A stretch of DNA of 64,000 bases from a virus. The DNA lies in IMG/VR virus record IMGVR_UViG_3300021964_010186, positions 15,124 to 79,123 of that record; one strand, given 5' to 3'. This document shows, one piece after another, positions 55,347 to 63,683 of this stretch (positions are counted from its first letter, which is position 1; every line of letters begins with the position of its first letter). The notes under the pieces are model-generated. The model was not told the origin of the DNA. It ran no database searches and worked only from the letters and a program-made list of their open reading frames with translations. Made by a program: the position numbers and the translations under genes.

Positions 55347-57482
55347 CTATACAGGAAAGTCGTTGTTGATCTTCTCAACGCTTTCCATGTATTCTTTTAT
55401 CCCTTTTTTAATTTTTCCACCGATGTTTTCTTGTTTGTCTTCCTTCAATTTCTTGTTGCCCCTCTGTACAGAATTTATTAGATCTATTGGCGCACCCTCG
55501 CCTGATTGGTTGTTCAGTCTCACGCATGTCAGCGTCTGTAGGAACTGCCCTTGGTCCATCCTGCTGTCTATCTTGACCACCTGGTACACCCCGCTGAAAA
55601 ATAGATTCTCGTCCCTGAACAGTTTCTTGCCACTGAACATGGTGCCTTGCCTTTCATCTATGTCATCTGGCAACCTGTATCTTAGGTTAATGCATGGCAT
55701 GAACTGGTCTGCGTTGAAACTGTGATTCAGCTGATCGAAAACTTCTCCCTTGTTACCAAAGATCTTGTCATCCTGCGCATCTGTGACCGGCATGTAAACG
55801 TCCTGGCAGATGTAGGCGGGATCGCCCAGTATGTCCAACTCGATCTTCATCATGTCCGCTTCAGGGTTTGTGAGGTAATCATAGAACTCCTGGGCTTTGA
55901 GGTTCTCGAGATTGGTTGTCTCCGTGGTGCTCCTGCCCTTGAGTATGGAAGGGTACTGTCGCAAAGGCAGTGTGGGCTCGGGATCCTTCTCCTGTCCGAA
56001 TGCCTCTAGTATGGTCTGTTTGATGTCCTGTAGCACACCGGTCTCCGTGGTGCTCTTGGCCTCCCTCACATTACGCATGTAATAGGCTGTCTTGTAGTTG
56101 ATCCTCAAACCCTGTACATCCAGGTTGTCACCGGTGTAGAGGTAATTGTATTCTTTTCTCACGTACTTGCTCCAGTCCGCCTTCACGCTCATGCCTGCCC
56201 CCATCAGTTTCAGCACGTGTATCCTGTAGGGAACGGCTCGATAGATGATTTTCTTTGGATGCATCTTGGTGATGTTGTCAAACCTCGTGGTATCGGTCTG
56301 CACCGTGGACTTGATCTTGAACCATGGTATGTACGGATCAGAGGCTATCTTGTTGGCAAACTCCTTGCTACGTAGGACCTGCTTTATGGAATCAGGGGTC
56401 TCGGCCGACACCGTGTAACCCAGGCTCTGCAGGTAACCCTCCCAGAAGTTCTGCACCAGGCTGATGTATCCGAAGGACTGCCTGACCGCGTCCTCGAAGA
56501 ATTTCGTGAGACTGGTGAAACTAGTAGCCTTGGCATAGCTCTTGAACTGCTTGGCATCGCTGTTGGCGAAATACGAGAAAGGACCGGTGTTATAATCCTC
56601 TACCTGGGAGGTAGTGTTTATGGAATCTGCTTCGGACTGATACACCCCTCCGTTCTTGATCACCTCTGGATCTATCTTAAAAACGTATTCGTCCTTGAAT
56701 TCTCGTTTCTTCTCATCGATCTCCTGTTGCATCTGTGTGTCTAACTGTTCCTGTACCTTGAGCGTCCATGCCAGGGCGTCATTGGTCGCGACCGGTAGAT
56801 CTGTCCTAGGGAACTTGAACCTGTCATCGAACGCTATGTCCGTGTATGGCACGGCCACCACGTTGTACTTGGCACCTCCCTCGTTGACGTCAAAATCCAC
56901 ACGGGCTATCAAGATGGGTATCCTCCTGCGAAGTCCGCCGGCATCCTTGGTGTTGAAAGAGAGTGGTCTCCCGAATTCGTCGAACCCTTTGAAGTCTATG
57001 GTCAACAGCAGTGGTGCGTCCTGGTAATCCTGGAACCCGTTCAGTGCCGTTGCGGCCCTGATCTTTTCTATCAGCGTGATGCCGAATGGTTCGTGTATTT
57101 CAAACTCCATCTTGGTGAAGTTGGCGAGGTTTCTCTCGTTGTTGGGTCCTACCGTTGATGTTATGTTCACGTTCTCTATGAACATGTCATGGCTTCTCTT
57201 CAGTATGCTGATGCTGTCCTGGTACTTGCCTGTAAAGTCCTTGTAGGCGTCCCTGACTATCTTGTCGTCCGCATTGGTACCGCCTGTGCCGGCAAATGGA
57301 TCCCCACCACTGCTGACGTTGGCGTTTCCGATCCCGCCGGTACGTGCTATGATGTCATGGGGCGAGTTGGTGAGGAAACTATGATCCCTTATCTCTGTTT
57401 CCCTCAGTCCGCTCAGTGTGAATATGGTGTTGTACGTCGCGGCACTGTGTAATGGATTGATTTCCTTATTGCTGGATGCCAT
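55347..57482 (-). CDS. baseplate hub protein (gp27/GpD-like)
   Basis: FEIHEPFG, ELDILGDP, FSGVYQVVKIDS...GQFLQTL; upstream of the spike gene. Confidence 0.7.
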   Translation of the reverse strand: MASSNKEINPLHSAATYNTIFTLSGLRETEIRDHSFLTNSPHDIIARTGGIGNANVSSGGDPFAGTGGTNADDKIVRDAYKDFTGKYQDSISILKRSHDMFIENVNITSTVGPNNERNLANFTKMEFEIHEPFGITLIEKIRAATALNGFQDYQDAPLLLTIDFKGFDEFGRPLSFNTKDAGGLRRRIPILIARVDFDVNEGGAKYNVVAVPYTDIAFDDRFKFPRTDLPVATNDALAWTLKVQEQLDTQMQQEIDEKKREFKDEYVFKIDPEVIKNGGVYQSEADSINTTSQVEDYNTGPFSYFANSDAKQFKSYAKATSFTSLTKFFEDAVRQSFGYISLVQNFWEGYLQSLGYTVSAETPDSIKQVLRSKEFANKIASDPYIPWFKIKSTVQTDTTRFDNITKMHPKKIIYRAVPYRIHVLKLMGAGMSVKADWSKYVRKEYNYLYTGDNLDVQGLRINYKTAYYMRNVREAKSTTETGVLQDIKQTILEAFGQEKDPEPTLPLRQYPSILKGRSTTETTNLENLKAQEFYDYLTNPEADMMKIELDILGDPAYICQDVYMPVTDAQDDKIFGNKGEVFDQLNHSFNADQFMPCINLRYRLPDDIDERQGTMFSGKKLFRDENLFFSGVYQVVKIDSRMDQGQFLQTLTCVRLNNQSGEGAPIDLINSVQRGNKKLKEDKQENIGGKIKKGIKEYMESVEKINNDFPV

Positions 57483-57483
57483 T

Positions 57484-57783
57484 TTATATTCCTAGGTCTG
57501 CATTGACGTTGGCCTGTTTTGGCAACTGTATGGTCACTCCCGGTCTGAAATCGTATATGGGGTCCTCTATCTGGTCTGGGTTGCGTTGTGCGAACACCCA
57601 CCATAATCGGGGTGTGCCGTACAGGTCATAGGCCAACAGGTCTGGCCTGTATGCGTATGTCCTCTCTATGGTGTAACTCTGATCGTCATCCTCCGCCGTG
57701 ATCGGTCTCGGCACGAACGTCTCCAGGTTTATTTCATTCTGCGGTGTAGCGAAGTAGGGTGAAGTGGAAGAGTACTTGGCCAT
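57484..57783 (-). CDS. baseplate wedge protein (gp53/LysM-like)
   Basis: YRPDLLAYDLYGTPRLWWVFAQRN. Confidence 0.85.
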   Translation of the reverse strand: MAKYSSTSPYFATPQNEINLETFVPRPITAEDDDQSYTIERTYAYRPDLLAYDLYGTPRLWWVFAQRNPDQIEDPIYDFRPGVTIQLPKQANVNADLGI

Positions 57784-58679
57784 TAGATGAATCCTATCCC
57801 GGTCTCCTTACCATTGAGCTGACCCCTAGCGAATTCCGACAGTGAGAAATTCTTGATCGACTCCCTACTGTAGACTGGAGTGACCAGCACTGATATGTTT
57901 GACAGCGTGGGTGCCCAGGTCTGTGATTCGTAGTCTCCATCCGTGATCGCGTTCTTCGCCGCCTCGATGTTTATAGGACGTCCGGTGTACGGATCGTAAT
58001 CAAGTCCAGAATCAAGATATGCTTGTTGCTGTGCTACGAAATCATTTCTCATCCGGTCGCCTTTGCTACCCTGCTTGGTGGATATGTAGTCGATGCCGGG
58101 CCTCAGTTCAACGTTGAAAGTGTTCACTATCACGGGAACGTTGTTGAACATGTGGTCACCATAACCTGAAAGATGGAGGATCGGTGGTGGGTTGCCTTTC
58201 AGAGGTTGTTCCTTGCCAAAGTACATTTTTGTGACAGTCCTTAAGAAATTCACTGTGGCCACCCAGTGCCTGGCGTCATCTGAATTCTGTACTGGAAACT
58301 CACCAATAATATTCATGCTGTCCACTTGTGAATTTTGGTAGGCCTGGAAAGGGTAATTGCTGTGTGTCTGCGACAGTGGATTGTAAGTGGCACTGTGCTG
58401 TATAACCACCGCCGGCGTCAAGGGCCAGAAGATACCACGTGCATCCTGCAACGGATTGAGCAGTTCGTTGTTGGCCAGTATGGAATCGTATACAGAGTTC
58501 GCGTCTATAGGAATCTGCAGTCTAACACGCCAGTCTTTTTTGTCACTGCGCCCAGACCACTTGGCTTTCGCATGCACTATCCTCGAGTCAGTGGAAATAC
58601 CAGCACCCGTGAGCCTGCCCAGGGTCCTGTTGAATATGTCCTGTCCCACTCCCTTTATAATGTTACCCAGTGTCGCCAT
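57783..58679 (-). CDS. tail tube initiator/baseplate cap (gp54/gp48-like)
   Basis: PLTP.V, THSNYP, FLRTVTKMYFG, GNPPPIL.LSGYG..MFNNVPV; heads the baseplate operon. Confidence 0.65.
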   Translation of the reverse strand: MATLGNIIKGVGQDIFNRTLGRLTGAGISTDSRIVHAKAKWSGRSDKKDWRVRLQIPIDANSVYDSILANNELLNPLQDARGIFWPLTPAVVIQHSATYNPLSQTHSNYPFQAYQNSQVDSMNIIGEFPVQNSDDARHWVATVNFLRTVTKMYFGKEQPLKGNPPPILHLSGYGDHMFNNVPVIVNTFNVELRPGIDYISTKQGSKGDRMRNDFVAQQQAYLDSGLDYDPYTGRPINIEAAKNAITDGDYESQTWAPTLSNISVLVTPVYSRESIKNFSLSEFARGQLNGKETGIGFI

Positions 58680-58689
58680 GTATTATAGG

Positions 58690-58718
58690 TTGCTTTCCCT
58701 TGTAAAATTTCGTATACT
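58690..58718 (+). promoter_or_regulatory. sigma70-type promoter for the late sigma/gp47/gp46 operon
   Basis: TTGCTT, 17 nt spacer, TATACT. Confidence 0.6.
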
Positions 58719-58725
58719 TTAACTA

Positions 58726-58733
58726 TATTTATA
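58726..58733 (-). promoter_or_regulatory. T4-type late promoter TATAAATA for the baseplate operon
   Basis: Exact TATAAATA on - strand upstream of ATG 58679. Confidence 0.75.
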
Positions 58734-58839
58734 GGCACAATTTTAGGCGCACTTAATTACTCTAGCGGCACGATTCTAACCGACCTGTTTGTGGTCAATT
58801 TGCAGTACATTACAACATAAAGCGAAAGCGAAAGAATTT

Positions 58840-59823
58840 ATGAAGAGAGTCAAGTACCTAAACAACCGAGATCTGCTGGCACAGATACACGCCAGCAAGA
58901 ACACCTACTGCTCGTACGTCACGCCCGAGGACGCGGACTACGACATCATAGTGCCAAACCTTAAAAAAATAAATGTGAGATCCATAGCGGAGGCCAAGAA
59001 GTCCAGGGCCAAGCGTATGACACAGGAGGCCTGGGAGCGGGCCAAGGAGTCGGGCGAGAAGAAGATCAAACTGGTGGATTTCACCGTTTCGCCCAGGAAG
59101 ATAGACAAGACTGATCTGGTGTTCAGGGTAATGATGTTTGATCACGTGCCCATGGACGACGAGAGAAAACGAAATCCCAAGAGCACGGCGGACCACCATT
59201 CGAAAGTGAACTTCCCACCATTCCAACACTACAGGATCGACCGAAAAGGTAAACTGGTGTGCGTGGGCAAGAGCCACTGGATAGGAGGAATGGACAACGG
59301 ACACTTCTCGGCGGACCATGGCAAGATGACCAACCAATTGGCCATGATGTACATGAAACTGTGTGAGAGGTACGGAACACGTGCTAACTGGAGGGGTTAC
59401 ACCTACAACGACGAGATGCAGTCTCAGGCCCTGATGCAGTTGAGCCAGATTGGTCTACAGTTTGACGAGTCTAAATCAGACAACCCATTCGCCTACTATA
59501 CCGCGGCGATAACAAACAGTTTCACAAGGATATTGAACATCGAGAAGAAGAATCAAGCGATAAGAGATGACCTACTAGAGTTCAATGGCATGATGCCAAG
59601 TTTCACAAGGCAGAACGAGAATGACACAGGAACAGTCAGTTACAAGAAGAAAATGAAGACCGTGCACGGTGACGTGCATGAGGTCAACAAGACCGGATTG
59701 GCAAAACTTAATAAAGTATTGAAGAAGAAAGGCAAACTGGACGCCGAGGACTTCGACGAAGTCAAGTTCAAGAACAAGATCGACATGACCAACCACAAAC
59801 CCGTAGTAAAGAAGAAATGGTAA
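58840..59823 (+). CDS. late-transcription sigma factor (T4 gp55-like)
   Basis: YLNNRDLL, NWRGYTYNDEM, FDESKSDNPFAYYT...F.RILNIEKK; adjacent to gp47/gp46; start moved to MKRVKY. Confidence 0.85.
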   Translation: MKRVKYLNNRDLLAQIHASKNTYCSYVTPEDADYDIIVPNLKKINVRSIAEAKKSRAKRMTQEAWERAKESGEKKIKLVDFTVSPRKIDKTDLVFRVMMFDHVPMDDERKRNPKSTADHHSKVNFPPFQHYRIDRKGKLVCVGKSHWIGGMDNGHFSADHGKMTNQLAMMYMKLCERYGTRANWRGYTYNDEMQSQALMQLSQIGLQFDESKSDNPFAYYTAAITNSFTRILNIEKKNQAIRDDLLEFNGMMPSFTRQNENDTGTVSYKKKMKTVHGDVHEVNKTGLAKLNKVLKKKGKLDAEDFDEVKFKNKIDMTNHKPVVKKKW

Positions 59824-59827
59824 AAAT

Positions 59828-60850
59828 ATGTTTTTCAAAAAGGTAGCCTGTTTCACGGACATACACTTCGGACTCAAGGGCAATTCCAGGGTTCATAATG
59901 ATGACTGTGAGGCATTCGTGATATGGTTCATAGAACAGGCACGGGCACACGGATGTGAGACCTGTATATTCCTGGGAGACTGGCACCATCACAGATCGGC
60001 CACCAACGTCAGCACCATGAACTACACTGTATCCAACATAGAGAGGTTAGGCAAAGCATTCGAGAAAGTATATGTCATAATGGGCAATCACGATCTCTAC
60101 TACAGGGACAAGAGGGAGATCAATTCCATGGAGTACATTCGTAATATTCCAAACATACACATAGTGAACGAATGGTTGGTCACAGAAGATGTGGCGATCA
60201 TACCATGGGTGGTGGAGGACGAATGGAAAGTTATAGAGAAGATGACACAGAAATATGTGTTTGGGCACTTCGAACTGCCATACTTCAAGATGAACGCCAT
60301 GGTGGAGATGCCAGACACTGGCACCATACAAGTGGATCACTTCGCTGGTTGTGGCCGGGTGTTCTCTGGACACTTCCACAAGCGACAGCAAATGAAGAAC
60401 GTGACCTACATGGGCAACGCCTTCCCACACAACTACGCGGACGCCGGCGACGACGAGCGTGGCATGATGGTGTTGGAATACGATAAGGAACCAAAATTCA
60501 TCAACTGGCCAGACATGCCCAGATACAGGACCATAAAGATAAGCGAACTGTTGGCTGATCCCGACCGGCACTTGAAACCCAAGATGTATGTGAGGGTCAC
60601 ACTGGACATAAAGATAAGTTATGAGGAGGCCAACTTCATACGTGAGACATTCATAGACAAATACCAGTTGAGGGAACTGCAACTGATACCAGAACAGATC
60701 GACGCCGCACAGCAACCACAGGTGGAGATACAGAAGTTTGACAGTGTGGATCAGATCGTGATCAAACAACTGCAAGGCGTGGATTCAGAGGTGTATGATA
60801 AAAATATTTTAACAGCAATTTACAACGATTTAGATGTCGAGAATCAGTAA
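59828..60850 (+). CDS. recombination nuclease subunit (T4 gp47, Mre11/SbcD-like)
   Basis: TDIHFG, LGDWHH, GNHD, GHFE, SGHFH metallophosphoesterase motifs. Confidence 0.93.
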   Translation: MFFKKVACFTDIHFGLKGNSRVHNDDCEAFVIWFIEQARAHGCETCIFLGDWHHHRSATNVSTMNYTVSNIERLGKAFEKVYVIMGNHDLYYRDKREINSMEYIRNIPNIHIVNEWLVTEDVAIIPWVVEDEWKVIEKMTQKYVFGHFELPYFKMNAMVEMPDTGTIQVDHFAGCGRVFSGHFHKRQQMKNVTYMGNAFPHNYADAGDDERGMMVLEYDKEPKFINWPDMPRYRTIKISELLADPDRHLKPKMYVRVTLDIKISYEEANFIRETFIDKYQLRELQLIPEQIDAAQQPQVEIQKFDSVDQIVIKQLQGVDSEVYDKNILTAIYNDLDVENQ

Positions 60851-61070
60851 GAGAAAATTGATAAAAGCATTAAAGGGCCATTACGAAGCAAAGATGACGA
60901 AGTCACAGATATTTGACATGTTCAAGAACCCTCCAACACAGAAAGAATGGTTGAGAGGATATCATCGATGGGTTCAAGAACACACACTGTCAACACCGTT
61001 GTCAGAATACGAAACAATCGAAAATATAGGTAAAAGAAAACGTAGAAGGAAAAATAATGTTAACGATTAA
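60834..61070 (+). CDS. small basic hypothetical protein
   Basis: 78 aa ORF overlapping both gp47 and gp46 genes. Confidence 0.6.
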   Translation: MSRISKRKLIKALKGHYEAKMTKSQIFDMFKNPPTQKEWLRGYHRWVQEHTLSTPLSEYETIENIGKRKRRRKNNVND

Positions 61071-62832
61071 AGAACTCACGGTCAAGAACTTCATGAGCGT
61101 GGGCAACCAGGCACAGGCCATTGATTTTTCTAACAAAAGTTTGGTTTTGGTTATCGGCGAGAACATGGACCTGGGCGGTGACGACGCAGGTGCTAGGAAT
61201 GGTACGGGCAAGACGACAATAATTAACGCACTGAGTTACGTGTTTTACGGCGAAGCGCTCACGAACATCAGGAGGGACAACCTAGTGAACAAGACCAACG
61301 AGAAGGGCATGTTGGTCAGTGTGAAGTTCATCAAGAACGGTGTGACCTACACCATAGAGCGTGGCAGGAAACCACAGATATTCAGATTCTATGCGGATGA
61401 CATCGAACAGAAGACAGAAAGCAACGAGGCACAGGGAGAGAACAGGGAGACACAGATAGAGATCAACAAGTTGTTGGGCATGACACACGCCATGTTCAAG
61501 AACATAGTGGCCCTGAACACCTACACACAACCTTTCCTGAGCACCAAGCAGGCGGAACAGAGGGAGATCATAGAACAGTTGTTGGGCATCACCTTGCTGT
61601 CGCAGAAAGCAGACCTACTGCGTGAAAAACAGAAGGCAACGAAACAACTGCTCACGGAAGAGAAGATGAGATTGGATGCCAAAGTGGCGTCAAACGAGAA
61701 GATACAGGAATCCATAGAGAGCCTCAAACTGAGAAGCGCGGCCTGGACGCAACAGAACAAACAGGACATCGAGAACTTCCGCGAAGCGATAGCGGAACTG
61801 GAGAAGGTGGACAGCGAGATCGAGATCGAGAAACACAAGAAATTACAGAAGCACAACGAGATGCAGACCGCACTGCGTGGACTGATGAAGGAGAAGGCCT
61901 ACCACGAGGACTCGCTGACCAAGGCGGAATCAACAGTGGAGAAGACCGAGAAGGATCTGGAGTTCGCGGAAGCGGCCAAGTGTCCCACGTGTGAACAGGC
62001 ACTGCACGACGACAAGCACGAGCACCTGGTCGGTAAACTAAAGATGAATCTGACGGAAAGTCGAGATTACAGCGACAAACTGAAAAGTGATCTTGCAAAA
62101 ATACAACAAGCGATAGAGGAGATCGGCGACCTAGGACAGGTTCCAGACACCTACTACGACACCATGGACGAAGCCTACAACCACAAGGGCACACTACAAG
62201 ACCTCAAACGACAGTTGGAACAGACAGAGAAGAAAGAGGACACCTACGCCGAGCAGATCGCGGAGTTGGAGAGCAAGGCAATACAGGAAGTGGATTACGA
62301 GAAGGCCAACGAACTGGAGGACCTGCACAGGCACCAGGACTTCTTGTACAAACTGCTGACAGCCAAGGATTCATTCATTAGGACCAGGATCATAGAACAG
62401 AACTTGACTTACCTGAACCAGAGATTGGCGTTCTTCCTGGGCAAGGTCAAACTGCCACACACTGTTACCTTCCAATCAGACCTCAGTGTACGTATCGAGG
62501 AGTTAGGCAGGGAACTGGACTTTGACAACTTGAGTAGAGGTGAGAGAAACAGATTGATACTGTCATTGAGCTGGGCGTTCAGAGATGTTTGGGAATCACT
62601 TTATCAACAGATCAACTTGCTGTTCATTGACGAACTTGTGGATGCAGGTATGGACATATCTGGTGTTGAGAGCTCCATGGCTGTGTTAAAAGACATGGCG
62701 AGGACGCAACAGAAGAACATATTCCTAATATCACACAAGGACGAATTGGTAAGCAGAGTAAACTCCGTGCTGAAAGTGGTAAAAGAAAATGGCTTTACCA
62801 ATTATGCCAATGACGTTGACATCATAGTGTAA
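61057..62832 (+). CDS. recombination ATPase subunit (T4 gp46, Rad50/SbcC-like)
   Basis: KNFMSVG, NGTGKTT, coiled coil with CPTC zinc hook, LSRGE, LFIDE, ISH. Confidence 0.95.
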   Translation: MLTIKELTVKNFMSVGNQAQAIDFSNKSLVLVIGENMDLGGDDAGARNGTGKTTIINALSYVFYGEALTNIRRDNLVNKTNEKGMLVSVKFIKNGVTYTIERGRKPQIFRFYADDIEQKTESNEAQGENRETQIEINKLLGMTHAMFKNIVALNTYTQPFLSTKQAEQREIIEQLLGITLLSQKADLLREKQKATKQLLTEEKMRLDAKVASNEKIQESIESLKLRSAAWTQQNKQDIENFREAIAELEKVDSEIEIEKHKKLQKHNEMQTALRGLMKEKAYHEDSLTKAESTVEKTEKDLEFAEAAKCPTCEQALHDDKHEHLVGKLKMNLTESRDYSDKLKSDLAKIQQAIEEIGDLGQVPDTYYDTMDEAYNHKGTLQDLKRQLEQTEKKEDTYAEQIAELESKAIQEVDYEKANELEDLHRHQDFLYKLLTAKDSFIRTRIIEQNLTYLNQRLAFFLGKVKLPHTVTFQSDLSVRIEELGRELDFDNLSRGERNRLILSLSWAFRDVWESLYQQINLLFIDELVDAGMDISGVESSMAVLKDMARTQQKNIFLISHKDELVSRVNSVLKVVKENGFTNYANDVDIIV

Positions 62833-62840
62833 TTTTCCTA

Positions 62841-62870
62841 TTGACAGAACCACATCATACGTGCTTTAAT
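62841..62870 (+). promoter_or_regulatory. sigma70-type promoter
   Basis: TTGACA, 18 nt spacer, TTTAAT preceded by TGn; AAGGA SD before ATG 62923. Confidence 0.5.
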
Positions 62871-62922
62871 TACAATGACGTTAATTAATGTTATCGTACG
62901 ACAATAAGAAAGGACGTAAATT

Positions 62923-63117
62923 ATGTCAAATGAAACACATGAACAGATCATGACAGAGATACAAACTTACTCAGAAGAGAACGGTAAGTTCGTTGACAAG
63001 GGTGTAAAAGCCTCTGCCACAAGAGCAAGAAAGGCTCTAGCCAATCTCGCTAAATTGATCAAAGCAAGAAGAAAAGAGATTCAAGAAGTCAAGAACGCGG
63101 CCAAAGAGTCAGCGTAA
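62923..63117 (+). CDS. histone H1-like (Hc1-domain) nucleic-acid-binding protein
   Basis: KFVDKGVKASATRARKAL..L.KLIKARRKEI resembles the Hc1 N-terminal motif. Confidence 0.65.
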   Translation: MSNETHEQIMTEIQTYSEENGKFVDKGVKASATRARKALANLAKLIKARRKEIQEVKNAAKESA

Positions 63118-63146
63118 TCGATCATTGGATTTTGCAAAACCATAGG

Positions 63147-63177
63147 ACCCCCGGCTAGAAATAGTTGGGGGTTTTTT
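63147..63177 (+). terminator. intrinsic terminator
   Basis: ACCCCCGGCTA-GAAA-TAGTTGGGGGT stem-loop followed by a T run, between convergent genes. Confidence 0.85.
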
Positions 63178-63583
63178 ACGACTTGAGGATCCCTTTACCA
63201 TGAACGCGAACGCGGATGTGTCCGTTGTAGTAGTCGTTAGATTCTAGAACCTTGCGTGCGAACTGTTCCCTTGCTTCCACATAACTCAACTCTGCCTTGG
63301 AATGGCAATAGAACAAGATCTCCCTCGTGAATTTCTCTTTACCTAATTTTAAAACATCTGCTGTTAGTTCATCACTGCTTCCATAGTAGTCCTGCCAGTC
63401 CGAGTCCACTTTGTATCGCCTTTTGTTTTTCCTGCCCTTGAGTGGCGGGCGGCTACGCTTGAACCTGGCCAACTTCTTGCCGATGTACATCCTGCCGTTG
63501 GTGGTGTTGGTTATCTGGTAAACGAATCCCACCACTTCCTCGGGTAGGTTGGTAATCTCATTTCCTTGGTAGGTCCACGTCAT
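63176..63583 (-). CDS. GIY-YIG family endonuclease (small, single domain)
   Basis: GFVYQITN..NGRMYIGKK, YYGSS, F.REIL, E; start moved to MTWTYQ (63583). Confidence 0.85.
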   Translation of the reverse strand: MTWTYQGNEITNLPEEVVGFVYQITNTTNGRMYIGKKLARFKRSRPPLKGRKNKRRYKVDSDWQDYYGSSDELTADVLKLGKEKFTREILFYCHSKAELSYVEAREQFARKVLESNDYYNGHIRVRVHGKGILKS

Positions 63584-63588
63584 CGTGC

Positions 63589-63594
63589 TATTTA
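63589..63594 (-). promoter_or_regulatory. putative late promoter TAAATA
   Basis: TAAATA 5 nt upstream of ATG 63583. Confidence 0.55.
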
Positions 63595-63683
63595 AAGCCA
63601 AAAAGATTGACCCAGAAAGAAAACTCGTATAAACAAGTACGATAGGCAAACTACAATTTCTCAAAAAATCTTATAGGCAAACA

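Noticed and set aside
28500-58700. Many 60-216 aa antisense ORFs over the structural genes
   Set aside because: Shadow ORFs from codon bias of the long - strand genes; no SD/promoter support or protein motifs.
63176-63583. GIY-YIG gene as an intron-borne homing endonuclease
   Set aside because: Free-standing, single domain without DNA-binding extensions, interrupts no gene, and has its own late-type promoter.
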